Positions 23,400-36,625 of a stretch of 64,000 nucleotides of DNA are shown here, in pieces (position 1 is the first letter of the stretch; every line of letters begins with the position of its first letter). Where the stretch lies: the NCBI RefSeq assembly GCF_035084215.1, contig NW_027139453.1:4960001-5024000 (forward strand), read 5' to 3'. The DNA is from Heptranchias perlo. Taxonomy: Eukaryota. The notes beneath the pieces are model-generated. The model made no database searches. It had not been told where the DNA came from and worked only from the letters and a program-made list of their open reading frames with translations. Position numbers and translations under genes: made by a program.

Positions 23400-24520
23400 A
23401 ATCTCCGAAATCAAAACCAACATACTGAGGATGCTGGAAATCTGAAATCAAAACAGAAAATGCTGGAGAAGCTCAGGAAGTGAGGCAGCGTCTGTGGAGA
23501 AAGAAACAGAGTTAACGTTTCATGTCGAAGATCTTTTATCAGAACTGGAAAATGTTAAAGATTTAAAGTTTTTAAGCAAGTACAGTGTCAGGGACAGTGG
23601 GGGGGGGGAGCTCTATGGCAGAGTAGAAGGCACGACTGATTAAATGACTAAAGGGATGATGGTGCAAAGCAAGGAAGGCGGTAATGGGACAGGTTAAGAA
23701 AAAAAAAGATTGGTCAGTCGTAGCTGTAAATAGCGGCAGCAGAACCATTACCAGCACCATCTGAGCGAAAAAAATGGGAGCAGTGGTTATGATCTGAAGT
23801 TATTGAAATCAATGTTGAGTTCTGAAGGTTTTAAAGTGCCTAAACGACAGATGAGGTGCTGTTCCTCGAGCTTCCATTGAGCATCATTGGAACAGTGTAA
23901 GAGGCCGAGGACAGAGAGGTCATAGTAGGAGTGGGAGGGGGAATTATAACGGCAAGCGACCGGCCTTGAGGATTGAGAGGAGGTGTTCAGCAAAGTAATC
24001 AGCCAATCTGCGTTTGGACTCCCGAATGTAGAGGAGACCACATTGTGAGCAGTTAATACACTATAGTAAATAGAAAGAAGTACAAGTGAATCGCTGTTTC
24101 ACCTGGAAGGAGTGTTTGGGGCCCTGGACGGTGGGAAGGGACGGGGTGAAGGGGCAGGTGTTGCTTCTCCTGCACTCGCACGGGAAGGTGCTGGGTGAAG
24201 AGGGCCGGGTTTTGGGGGTGATGGAAATGTGGACAGCTTGTCGCAGAGGGAATGACCCCTTCGGAATGCTGAAAGGGGAGGCGAGGGGAGGATGTGTTTG
24301 GTGGTGGGATCGCGCTGGAGGTGGCGGAAATGGTGGAGGATGACACATTGAATGTGGAGGCTGGTGGGGTGGAAGGTGAGGACAAGGGAAACCCTATCAT
24401 GGTTCTGAGAGGGAAGGTGGTTGTGAGGGTAGATTTGCGGGAAAAAAGGACGGATACGAGGGCCCTGTCAACGACAGTGGAGGGGAATCCTCGGTTGAGG
24501 AAAAAGGAAAAAATATCGGA
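23400..24520 (-). mobile_element. Penelope-like retroelement 3' part (GIY-YIG region + pseudo-LTR)
   Basis: TFPCECRRSNTCPFT..QGPKHSFQVKQRFTCTS, KLEEQHLICRLGTLKPSELNIDF; terminal aaaacagaaaatgctgga..gttaacgtttc. Confidence 0.85.
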
Positions 24521-24854
24521 TCAATCTCCTAATTTGCCTCCATCTCCATGAGGTTTAATTTTAGCTGACAGCCTCTTACGTGGAACTTTATCAAATGCCT
24601 TTTGGAAGACCATTAAATTACAACCATAGACATTCAATTTGTGTTACTTTAGTTACTTCCTTAAAACATTCAAATAGGTTCGTCAGAGATGTCCTCCCCT
24701 TTACAGATCCATGTGGGCTCTCTCTGATCAGCTCAAATTTATCTCAGTGCTCAGTCACTCTGTCCTTAATTATAGATTCCAATAACATCCCCACAACAGA
24801 TGTTAGACTGACTGGTCTATAATTCCCTGGTTTCTCTCTCTCATCTTTCTTACC

Positions 24855-25330
24855 ATAGTAAACCACCCCAAGGCCCGTCACAGGAACGATTATCAAACAA
24901 AATTTGACACCGAGCCACATGAAGATATACTGGGACAGGTGAGCGAAAGCTTAGTCAAGGAGGTAAATTTTAAGGAGAGACTTAAGGGGCGGAGGGATAC
25001 AAAGTGGCGGAGAGGGTTAAGGAGGGAATTCCAGAGCTTAGGTCCTAGGCAGCTGAAAACACGGATGAGAATTTTAAAATTGAGGTGTTGCCGGACCGGG
25101 AGCCAATGTAGTTCAGCGAGCACAGGGGAAATGGGTGAATGAGACTTAGTACGAGTTAGTGTACGGCCAGAAGAGTTTTGGGTGAGCTCAAGTTTATGGG
25201 GGGTGGAAGAAGGGAGGCCGGCCAGGAGAGCATTGGAATAGTCCAGTCTGCAGGTAGCAAAGGCGTGGATGAGGGTTTCAGCCGCAGATGGGCTGAGGCA
25301 GGGGCGGAGAAGGGCGATGTGATGGAGGTA
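24855..25330 (-). mobile_element. L2-like LINE 3' fragment (similar copy on + at 33835-34440)
   Basis: AAETLIHAFATCRLDYSNALLAGLP..LTRTKSHSPISPVLAELHWLPV. Confidence 0.85.
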
Positions 25331-26349
25331 GAGGACCCAGATCGAAGAAAGAGTTAAAAATATGGAAAACAAGGGTCCTGGAAACCCTACAGCCACACAC
25401 AGTGATTTCCATTTGTTCAGTGCTGCACCCATCATTCTTTGTCATTGTATATGGTCTAAGTGTAGCGCACGGAACGTGAGCCTGACAATGCGCGGCAAGC
25501 GATAGCCTGGTAGATCTAAGTTCACCAGCTGGGATCATGCCATGCAAACGGGACTAAATTGAAACCTAGGTTAACACGACCAGGCCACAAGGATTATCAA
25601 AGTTGTTGGTTGGCCGCTTGATATTGATACAGATGTCACCTCGTTACCTTCTGTCCAATCACAGATGCAGATGTTGCAAATCAGTTAAATGCAGCACTTT
25701 GGAATTGAAAATAAGTGGGAATCTGTTGGAGGAGGCTGGGAATGGGAACACGTTGGAGAGATACGTTGGTTTGAACAATGTGAGAGGGGGATTTCTGAGG
25801 TGAGAGAAAGTTGATAAAAGGGAATGCTTCCTTCATTAGGGCTCCATTTTGGTGATTGGCACCCCATTCCCCACCCTAAACATTCACTCCCTTCACCATT
25901 GGCACAACGTGGCTGCAGTGTGTACCATCCACAGGATGGACTGCAGCAACTCACCAAGGCTTCTTCGACAGCACCTCCCAAACCCGCGACCTCTACCACC
26001 TAGAAGGACAAGGGCAACAGGCACATGGGAACAACATCACCTGCAAGTTCCCCTCCAAGTCACACACCAGCCCGACTTGGAAATATATCGCCGTTCCTGG
26101 GTCAAAATCGTGGAACTGCGTCCCTCACAGCACTGGGGCATAACCTTCACCACACGGACTGCAGCGGTTCAAGAAGGCGGCTCACCACCACCTTCTCAAA
26201 GGCATTGAGGGATGGTCAATAAATGCCAGCCTCGCCAGCGACGCCCACATCCCATGAACAAATAAATCATAAAACATGCCCATTGCTCAAGGCCTTGAGG
26301 AAGGAAGGGAAGGATTGTCCGTGGGGTCGGAGGAAAATAGAAAGATAGA

Positions 26350-27060
26350 CGACCATTCACGACCCCAGGACGTCACAAAGCACCTTACAGCCTATGAAGT
26401 ATTTATGAAGTGTTGTCACAGTGGTAATGTAGAAAACGCGGCAGCAATTTCGCACAGCAAGCTCCCATAAACAGCGATGTGATAAATGATCAGATAGTTT
26501 TTAAGTGATGTTGGTTTCGGGTTAAATACATGCCCCAGCTTACCAGGAGAGAACTCCCCTACTGTTCTTTGAAATAATGTCCATGGGAACGTTTACGTCC
26601 ACCTGAGAGGGTAGACGGGCCGTCGTTTTAACGTCCCTTCCGAAAGACCGCACTTCCGACAGTGCAGCACATCCTCAGACTTGCCCCTCAGAAAAGGAAG
26701 CACTCCCTCAGTACTGCCCTGCGACAGTGCAGCTCTCCCATAGTACTGTCCCTCCGACAGTGCCGCGCTCCCTCAGTACTGTCCCTCCGACAGTGCCGCG
26801 CTCCCTCAGTACTGACCCTCCGACAGTGCAGTACTCCCTCAGTACTGACTCTCCGACAGTTCCGCGCTCCCTCAGTACTGATCCTCCGACAGTGCAGCAC
26901 TCCCTCTGTACTGCCCCTCTGACACGACAGCGCTGTGTCAGTTCTGCCCCTCGGACAGTGCTGCGATCCCTCAATACTGGCACCAGATGTGTCAGCCGGG
27001 ATTTTCTGCTCAAGTCTCTGGAGTGGGACACAACCGTTTGACTCAGAGGCGAGTTCTTTA
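26350..27060 (-). mobile_element. Deu-domain SINE (SacSINE1-like) with an internal 33-bp tandem expansion (26640-26980)
   Basis: gcggcagcaatttcgcacagcaagctccc Deu-like core; unit gacagtgcagcactccctcagtactgccctcc. Confidence 0.7.
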
Positions 27061-27139
27061 TAAATGCAACGTGATTCAGAATGTTTTGACAGTTCATTCA
27101 ACAGATAGATTGAATTTGAGATCACATGACAAGAATTAT

Positions 27140-28480
27140 CATAATATCATGGTATCATGTTAGGTAAGGGAGGAGAACATTCGGCCCATCTTGCCTGCGG
27201 CACTTGGAAAGAGCTATCCAAAAAGTGCCATTCCGCTGTTCTTTCACCGTAGTCCTGTAAATGTTATCCCTTCAAGTATTTATACAATTCCCTTTTTAAA
27301 TTTAAGTTTGAATCTGCTTCCACCGCCGATTCAAGCAGCTCATTTCAGATCATAACAACTCGCTGCGTAAAAAAATGTTTCCTCATTTCGCCTAAGGTTC
27401 ATTTGCCAATCACCTCAAATCTGTGTCCTCTGGTTAACGACTCTGCCATTGGAAACAGTTTCTCCTTATTTACTGTCAAAACCGTTTATGATTTTCAACA
27501 CCTCTATCAAATCTCCTCTTAAATTTCCAAGCTTCTCCAGTGTCTCCACACAACCGAAGTCCATCATCCGTGGCACCATTCCAATAAATCTCCTCTGCAC
27601 CCTCTCTGAGGCCTTGACATCCATCCTAAAATGTGGTGCCCAGAATTGGACACAATTCTCCAGCTGAGGCCTAACCAGTGTTTTTTTTAATGGTTTAGCA
27701 TAACTTCCTTGCTTTTGTAATCTATGCCGCTGTTAATAAAGCCCAGGATCCCGTATGATTTTTTAACAGCCTTCTCAACTTGTCCTGCCACATTTAAAGA
27801 TTCGTGTACATGCACCCCAAGTCTATCTCTTCCTGCACCCCCTTTAAAATTGTTCCATTTAGTTTATATTGCCTCTCCTCGTCCTTCCTACTAAACGCAT
27901 CACCTCACAGTTTTATGCGTTAAATTTCATCTGCCATGTGTCTGCACATTTCACCAGTCTGTCTACGTCCTGCTGAAGTCTGTTACTATCCTCCACATTG
28001 TTTACTACATTTCCGAGTTTAGTGTCACCTGTAAACTTTAAAATTATACCCTCTATACCCAAGCCCATGTAATTATTTTATATCGAATAGTCTAATACTG
28101 ACCTCTGGGGAAAACAACTGCATCCTTCCCTCCAGTCTGAAAAACAACCGTTCACCACTACTCTGCTTTCTATCCCTTAGCCTATTTTGTATCCTTACTG
28201 CCACTGTTCCTTTAACCTCATCAGCTTTAATTTTGACAACAAGTCTATTATGTGGCACTTTTCAAACGCTTTTTGAAAGTCAATATACACAGCATCAACC
28301 GCACTGCCCTCATCCACCTTCTCCGTTACTTCATCAAAGAACTCAATGAAGTTAATGAAACACGATTGTCCTTTAACAAATCCGTGCTGACTTTCATTTA
28401 TTGGTCCATACTTTTCCGAATGCCAATTTAATTTGGCTCGTATTATTGTCACTAAAAGTTTCCCCACCACCGACGTCAGG
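27140..28480 (-). mobile_element. CR1 RT/3' fragment
   Basis: SQHGFVKGQSCFINFIEFFDEVT..YIDFQKAF. Confidence 0.88.
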
Positions 28481-29234
28481 CTGTATGCATCAACTCAAAG
28501 TATAATTTTCTTTGTGTCGGATGATGCATAATAGGAACAATGGCTTCGTTGTAAAGATATTGGGATTAATATCATTATATTATGAGAATGTATCCGTGAG
28601 ATAAAGGCTAATGCATGATTTAGATTAGGTGGTTATGGTACGGCAGGAGAATGCTGAGTCGAATCATAGAATCAATGCCAGAGTAGCACGGAGGTTTCAG
28701 GTTGATGCAATTTAAGGAGCATCAGAGGGATCTTGTAATGAATTATAGCCTAGTCTGGTGCCAAAATATTTCAACCGTTTTTGTTTTGTGCGATGTTTAT
28801 AACCGTGCACAATTACCTTATCTTCGACACAAACGCCACCCACATTCCAGTGAGAATGGAATGTGTGTAATTGTGACATGCAAAGAATTGCTCGGTTCAG
28901 CGTAATCACGTGGCGGTGTCCATCTCGATGTATAAAGAGGCTCACTTTTAGTAATTCTTGGGTAGCCCGTGTTTAGAACTCGCATGGATGTTTTAGCATT
29001 TGCCATACCCCGATGGATATCCAACTTGTAACTATATGGATGCATAAAGTTGTTTGCACTTTGTGTCGATTTTAATACAAACAACCAGTTGATTCATCTC
29101 TGGGGCAAGAAAATATCTAATTTTCGTTAACCTACCCCGTTGATCTAATTCACTACTGAAAAGTTTCAGTGAAAATTACCCGGAACCAAAAATGAGATTT
29201 GAACCTGTGTTATTAATATTGTGGATTTATTATA

Positions 29235-30680
29235 CTGGAGAATTGCAACTGTTACACCCTTGTTCAAAAAAGGGTGTAAAGATAATCCCAGCAACTGCAA
29301 CTACAGGCCAGTCCGTTTAACCTTGGTGGTGGGGAAACTTTTGGAAACGATAATCGGGGACATAATTAACAGTCATTTGGACGAGGATTGATTAGGGAAA
29401 TCCAGCACAGATTTGTTCAAGGCAAATCGTGTTTAACTAACCTAACAGAGTTTTTTGATGAGGTAACAGAGAGGGTGGATGAGGGCAATGCAGTTGATGT
29501 GGTGTATATGGACTTTCAAAAACCGTTTGATAAAGTGCCACATGGTAGGCTTGTTATTAAGATTGCGAACCACGGAATAAAGGGGGCAGTAGCAACATGA
29601 ATACAGTATTGGCTAAATGACACGCAACAGAGAGGAGTGGTGAGTGGTTGTTTTTCGGACTGCAGGGAGGTGTACAGTGGTGTTCCCCAGGGGTCATTGC
29701 TGGAACCACTGCTTTTCTTGATATATATTAATGATATGGGAGTACAGAGCACGATTTTAAAATTTGCAGATGACACGAAACTTGGAAAGGTAGTGAACAG
29801 TGAAGAGGATGGTGATAGACTTCAAGAGGATATAGATACAATGGTGGTATGGGCGGACAAGTGGCAGATGAAGTTCAACTTGGCAAAATGCGACGTGATG
29901 CATTTTGGTAGGAAAATTGAGGAGAGGCAATAAAAGCCATAGGGTACAATTATACAAGAGGTAGAGGAACAGAATTATCTGGGGGTATAAGTGCACAAAT
30001 CGTTGAAGTTGGCAGGGCGGGTTGAGAAAGCGGTTAACAAAGCATGCGGGGTCCTGGGCTTTTTCAATAGAGGCAAAGAGAACAATTGCAAGGAAGTTAT
30101 GATAAAGCATTGGTTCAGCAACAACTGGAGTACTGTGTCCAGTTCTGGGCAACGCACTTCAGGAAAGATGCAAAGGGACTTAGAGAGGGTGCAGGAGAAA
30201 TTTACTAGAATGATTCCAGGGATGAGATACTTTACTGACGTGGATAGAGTGAAGAAGCTGGGATTGTTCTACTTGGAGCGGAGACAGTTGCGAGAAGATT
30301 TGATGGAGGTATTCAAAATCATGAAGGGTCTGGACAGAGAAGATAGAAAGAAACTGTTCCCATTGGTGGAAGGGTCAAGCACCAATGGGCATAGATTTAA
30401 GGTGATTGGCAATAGGACGATAGGTGATATGAGGATAAACTTTTTTTACACAGCGAGTTGTTAGGATCTGGAATGCCACTCCCGAGGGGGTGGTGGAGGC
30501 AGATTCAATCATGGCCTTCAAAAGGGAACTGAATATATACTTGAAACGAAAGAAAATGTGCAGAGCTACGGGGTTAGGGCGGGTCATTGAGTCTAGCTGG
30601 ATTGCCCAAGCATACAGCCGGCATGTACTCGATGGCTTACTTATGTGCTGTAACCTTCTATGATTATATGGTTCTATGAT
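29235..30680 (+). mobile_element. CR1 RT/3' fragment
   Basis: KSCLTNLTEFFDEVT, GVPQGSLLEPLLFLIYIND, KFADDTKLG. Confidence 0.9.
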
Positions 30681-30729
30681 TACATCGAGTTAATGGGATC
30701 TTGTAAACTTAACTTAGAGTTGAGTTCAG

Positions 30730-31633
30730 TCACTTTATCTCTGCAATAAAATTAACAATTAGATTGTTGCCATATCTCACTGCCCTCTTCAGCTCTCCCC
30801 TGAACTTGGACTGTGTTGGAGCGTACATACAGGTGCTTGTACAGCAGTTCAGAACCCTCAGCATGCGGGCAGTTTCATTAACGATAGCGAACGTGTGATT
30901 GAAGCCCCGGTAAAAGTACGAGTTTGTGATCCGTGAGAACAGGAAGAGCACGATTGTCGCCATCCACAGCGATATGAAACTACCCGAGGCGGCGAAGAGC
31001 AAGACCATGGATCTTCTCCGACTCTGCATCTCGGGATCCCCCTCTGTCCCGCCATCTCCCCGGAATCCCCGGCGGATCGGACTGGCTGCCAGGATGTATC
31101 TGACGATCAAAACGTTGAGCAGAGCCATAGAGATATAGGGAACCAAAGGCGTTAAAATGGTGTGAAGACAGTTGAAAGCTCTCCAGGCTGGCGCTGAGTA
31201 GATGTTGGGATTGGTCTTGCAACCTATCTGCAGGTTGTTATGTACAAAGCAGGGTCGGATTGCGAAATAGTAGGGGAGGTTCCTGGAGTAAGTCAGCAGG
31301 TAAACCCAACCAACTACCAGGGCAGCGGTTCTTGGGTGCAGTACCTCCTTCTGAACCCCTGGAAACAGATGGCCACGAGACGGTCGAAGGTGAAAGAACC
31401 CGCTGACCAGACAGAGCAGTCGATCACGGCGGCGCTGATGATGGATTTGAGTCGACACACTAAGGTGTAAACGGCGAACACCTGAGGGAAACGAGGGGCC
31501 ACAATGCGGTTGACCAAGACGTAGAAGAGGAGGACCAGGAGGTCGGCTGTGGCCATGGCCACCAGGTAGATGGAGGTGCTCTTGGATAGACCGCAGTCCC
31601 TGCAGTGGAGGGTCAGGAGTGTGACCAAGTTGG
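30730..31633 (-). pseudogene. GPR139/GPR142-like GPCR main exon with a single 1-nt frameshift; first exon not found
   Basis: Acceptor ttgcag|, ANLVTLLTL..CGLSKST..MATADLLV..FTFDRLVAIC..RYCT/PRTAA..DPEMQSRRRS..TQSKFR; GGG instead of GGGG at 31334-31336. Confidence 0.85.
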
Positions 31634-31699
31634 CTGCAACAAAGGGAAGGCAAGAGAGATTAGAAATAAAAGTCACAGGAATGAAACCTGAGCTCAGAC

Positions 31700-32590
31700 C
31701 AGGTAAGATTCCCGCTCCACCAACACCTTGATTATAAAATTCAAAAACTTGTTCTCAAACCCCTCCATGGCCCTCGCCCCCCTCCATATCTCTAACCTCC
31801 TCCAGCCCGACAACCCTCCGGGATCTTTGCATGGCCCTCTCCCCACCCCCATCTCGAACCTCCTCCAGCCCAACAACCCTCCGGGATCTCTGAATGGCCC
31901 TCTCCCCACCCCCCATCTCTAACCTCCTCCAGCCCTACAACCCTCCGGGATCTCTGAATGGCCCTCTCCCCACCCCCCATCTCGAACCTCCTCCAGCCCT
32001 ACAACCCTCCGGGATCTCTGAATGGCCCTCTCCCCACCCCCCATCTCGAATCTCCTCCAGCCCTAAAACCCTCCTGGATCTCTGAATGGCCTTCTCCCCA
32101 CCCCCCATCTCGAACCTCCTCCAGCCCTACAACCCTCCGGGATCTCTGAATGGCTCTCGCCCCACCCCATATCTCTAACCTCCTCCAGACCTACAACCTT
32201 TCGAGATCTCGATATGGTCCTCGTCCTCGCCCCCTCCCTATCTCTGGAACCTCCTCCAGCCTCTACAACCCTTCGAGATCTCTGCACTCATACAATTCTG
32301 GGCTCTTGCACATTCCCAATTTCCTTCGCCCCACCATTGGCGGCCGTGCCTTCGACTGCCGAGGCCCCAAGCTCTGGAATTCCCTCCATCGATATCTCCG
32401 CCTGTCTCTCCTGCTTTAAGACGCTGCTTAAAACGGACCACTTTGTCCGAGCTTTTGGTCACCCATCTTAATTGCTCCTTATGTTGCTCGGCGTCGATTT
32501 TATGGTTGAATTACGCTCCTGTGAAGCGCTTTAGGGAGTTTCACTACGTTAATGGCGCGATATGAATGCAACTTGTTGTTGTTGTTGTTG
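31700..32590 (+). mobile_element. L2-like 3' end containing a 64-bp tandem array (31790-32290)
   Basis: aacctcctccagccctacaaccctccgggatctctg repeated at 64-nt spacing; IGGRAFDCRGPKLWNSL; (ttg)n tail. Confidence 0.8.
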
Positions 32591-32749
32591 ATGTTGGTGG
32601 TGGTGCAGCCGTCACCCGCCGGCAGGAAACTGCAGGACTGGAAGTACCAACATCATTGCCCTTGGTCTTTGGGGCATAAAACATCGACAATTTTCCGACA
32701 CAGAGGCTTGAATGCTGACAACTGAGCCACGGCTGACAGATGTGCTTCA

Positions 32750-33360
32750 TTGGATTTATCCTGTGAATATTCTCTCTCTAACACTCAGTGCCATTAAAGT
32801 TCCAATTTACACAGCCCATTCCCCAATATTTACACAATATTGAGTATTCTCTCTCTAACATCAAGTGTCTTCTAAAGTTCCAATTAAGACATGTCTTCAT
32901 ATCTTGTGTTGCTGATATGCAGCATTTTTAATGAGAACTGAGTGTGAGACTGAAAATATTCCCAGGATAAATCCCTCCCATATCTGTAATGTGTCTGTAT
33001 TGAGAAATGGGCCGTGTGTATTGAAATTTTAATGCGCACTGTTAGAAAGTGAATATTCACAGGATAATTCCCTCAAACAGAAGCCATCTGTCAGTACTGG
33101 TCAATGGACAGTTTCTATTGGTACATTAATGGATACTGAGGGCTGGGGAGAAAATATTCACTGGATAAATCCCTCCCATATCCGCATTGTGTCAGTATTG
33201 GGCAAGGGATGTGCATATTAAGAAACTAATGAGCACTGGATGTTAGAGTGAGTATATTCACAGGGTAATTCCCATCCATATCAGGTAATGGGTCGCATTG
33301 GATAATAGGCTATGTATATTGGACGGTTAATCGGCACTGAGTGTGAGAGAGAAAATATTG
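32750..33360. repeat. ~100-bp degenerate repeat, copies in both orientations
   Basis: aatattcacaggataa..ccctc units at ~32955/33052/33153/33254; reverse copies 32750-32890. Confidence 0.65.
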
Positions 33361-34609
33361 TATTTTTTATTCCTCCACGGGATGTGCGCGCCGCTGGCAA
33401 GGCCGACATTGATTGCCCATCCCCTACTTGCCCCTGTGAAGGAGGTGGTGGGTCTTCTTCTTGAACCTCTGTAGTCCATGAGGGAAAGGTGCTCTCACAG
33501 CGCTGTTAGGTAGGAATCGAAAGTCAATCATGGGAGGCAGGCAGAGCGGAGAGATTGTAAGGTGAGATCAATTATCCTGAAGATAATCAAGAGACATGAT
33601 GTTGGGTTTTATGTGAAGAGAAATTGATTTTTTGAAAGTAACGAGCATTCTGTTTCCATTCTTAGATTCAGGCCAGATCGTACTTTGATAATCTCAATAC
33701 AACGACATGAACTGACAAATATCCCCTGTTGGTCAATTTGTGCAAACCATTTCCATCTCCTGGTGGATTGCGAGCTCTCAGTGTCCCTCAGCCAAGCCCC
33801 TTGGGGAACCGCATTGTTTGGAGTATCCACTCCATCACCAAGACCCCTCACTTCCACCTCCGTAACATCGCCCGTCTCCAGCCCTTCCTCAGCTCATCTG
33901 CTGCTGAAAGCCTCATCCATGCCTCTGTCACCTCAAGACTGGTCTATTCTAATGCTCTCCTGGCCGGCCTCCCATTTTCCACTCTCCATAATCTTGAGCT
34001 AATCCAAAACCCTGCTTCCCGTATTCTAACTCGCACAAAGTCCCGTTCTCCCATCACCCCTCTGCTCACTGGTCCAGGAGCGCCTCGACTTTAAAATTCT
34101 CATCCTCGTCTTGAAATCCCTCCATGACTCTCACACCCTCCCTTCTCCAATTCTTGTCCTTTGTGCATCTCGGCCCCACCAATGGCGGCTGTTCCTTTAG
34201 CTGGTAAGGCCCTAGGCTTGGAATTTCCCCACCGCCCCCCACCCCCCACCCAGCCTCTCCACCTCTCTCCTCCATAAAGATGCTCCTTAAAATTTACCCC
34301 ATTCGACCTCGCTTAATATCTCCTTATATGGCTCGGTCTCAAATGTTGTATGAAAATCGCTCCTGTGAAGTCCCTTGGGACGTTTTACTACGTTATAGGC
34401 GCTAAATAAATGCAAGTTATTGTTGTTATTGTTATTTAGCAGCTACATACAGCACGCCCTGGGTGAGGTGATCTCTCCCAGAATTTATTCAACTCCATGT
34501 TTATTTCATAAAGTAAGGACACGTTTGGGGAGAAAGCCCCTGATACCGCACATTTAGATCTACATTTTATAATTGAAATATCAAAGGGCCTGTTATAATC
34601 CGACAGACC

Positions 34610-34925
34610 CACTAAGTGGGTGAAATTTTAACCGCACCCACCAGGCATGAAATAGATGGGTTTGGGGCTAGGACACACTTTTTATACCCCGTTCGATCTT
34701 AGCATCCGACCTGAACACGCCAGTTTTCCACCAGGCTCGTTCGGTTAAAATCGGGGTTCATACATCGAAGACATGAGGGCGATTTTAACCTAACCCACCA
34801 ATCAGGAAACTGATCGGATTAGGTGCAACGCTGGTTTAACATCCCACCCAATTGTACTCCCCACTGAAGGTTTAACAGGATGGATGTCAAACCAGCGTTG
34901 CATCCGATCCTGTCAATTTCCCGAC
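34610..34925. mobile_element. MITE-like palindromic element(s)
   Basis: Inverted repeat gattaggtgcaacgctggtttaacatcc (34817-34844) / ggatgtcaaaccagcgttgcatccgatc (34882-34909); gggc/gggt..attttaacc starts. Confidence 0.5.
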
Positions 34926-34939
34926 CTCCTGTACGGCCA

Positions 34940-36625
34940 TCTCCTCTACCTCCCGCCCCATTAGCACACTGATCACCGACGCCTACAGTCCCGGAATCTC
35001 CTCTATATCCCGTCCCAGTAACAAACTGATCACTGATACATAGAGTTCTGGAATCTCCTCCACCCCCCGCTCCATTTACACACTGATCACCGAAACCTAC
35101 AGTCCTGGGATCTCCTTGACCTCCCGCCCCATTAACACCCTTAACACCGACACCTACAGTTCCGGGATCTCCTCTACATCCCGTCCCATTAACGAACTGA
35201 TCATCGACACCTACAGTCCAGGAAACTCCTCTACCTTCCCACCCCCACCCCCGCCATTACCACATTAATAACCGATACTTACAGTCCCGGGATGTCCTCT
35301 AACTCCCGCCCGATTAACACACTGATCACGGACACCTAAATTCCTGGGATCTCATCCACATTCCGCTCCAATTCCACACTAATCACCGACACTTATAGTC
35401 CCGGGATCTCCTCTAGCTACCTCACCATTAACACATTGATCACCGCCACCTACAGTCCCGGGATCTCCTCCACCTCCCGCCACATTAGCACACTGATCAC
35501 CGATACCTGCAGTCCTGGGTTCTCCTCTACCTCCCGCCTCATTAACACACTGATCACCGACACCTACAGTCCTGGGATCTCCTCTACCTCCCGCCCCATT
35601 AACACAATGATCACAGACACCTACAGTCCCGCGATCTCCTCTACATCCCGTCCCAGTAACAAACTGATCACCGACACCTGCAGTCCCGGGATCTCCTCTA
35701 CCTCCCGTCCCATTACCACATTGCTAACTGACACTTACAGTCCTGGGATCTCCTCTACCTCCCGTCCCATTAACACACTGATCACCGACACCGACAGTCC
35801 CGGGATCTCCTCGACCTCCCGACCCATTAACACACTGATCACCGACACCTACAGTCCCGGGATCTCCTCTACCTCCCGTCCCATTAACACACTGATCACC
35901 GACACCTACATTCCTGGAATTTCCTCTACCTCCCGCCCCATTACCTCACTGCTCACCGAGACTTACACTCCCTGAATCTCCTCTACCTCCCGTCCCATTA
36001 ACACACTGATCACCGACACCTACAGTCCTGGGATCTCCTCTACCTCCCGTCCCATTAACACACTGATTACCGACACATACAGTCCCTGGATCTCCTCTAC
36101 CTCCCGCTCCATTAGCACACTGATCAACGATACCTGCAGTCCTGGGATCTCCTCTACCTCCCGTCCCATTAACACACTGATCACCGACACCTACAGTCCC
36201 GGGCTCTCCCCTACCTCTCGCCCTATTAACACACTGATCACCGAAACCTACAGTCCCGAGATTTCCTCTGTCTCCCGCCCCGTTAGCAAACTGATCACCG
36301 ACATCTACATTCCTGCGATCTCATCTACCTCCCCCCAATTCACACACTGATCACCGACACCTACAGTCCCGTGATCTGCTCTACCGCCCGCCCCATTAAC
36401 ACACTGATCCTGGGATCTCCTCGACCTCCCGCACCATTCAAATATTGGTCACCGACAACTACAGTCCAAAGATCTCCTCTACCTCGCGCCTCATTAATAC
36501 CCCGTCACCAACACCTAGAGTCCAGGGATCAGCTCAACCTCCCGCCCCATTCACACACTGGTCACTGACACCTACAGTCCTCGGATCTCCTCTACATCCC
36601 GCCTCATTCACACACTGGTCACTGT
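34940..36625. repeat. 57-bp minisatellite
   Basis: Unit gatctcctctacctcccgtcccattaacacactgatcaccgacacctacagtcccgg; ~29 copies. Confidence 0.95.

Noticed and set aside
25398-26450. Isolated CACAGTG heptamers (~25398, ~26417) as D/J RSS
   Set aside because: No nonamer at 12 or 23 spacing and no J motif (FGxG); one lies inside a SINE
28485-29230. Unique AT-rich stretch with short ORFs between CR1 copies
   Set aside because: No recognisable domain or exon structure; cannot support a call
35436-35975. Mucin-like Thr/Ser/Pro-rich ORF
   Set aside because: Translation of a 57-bp satellite; neighbouring units contain stops and indels; no signal peptide or splice context
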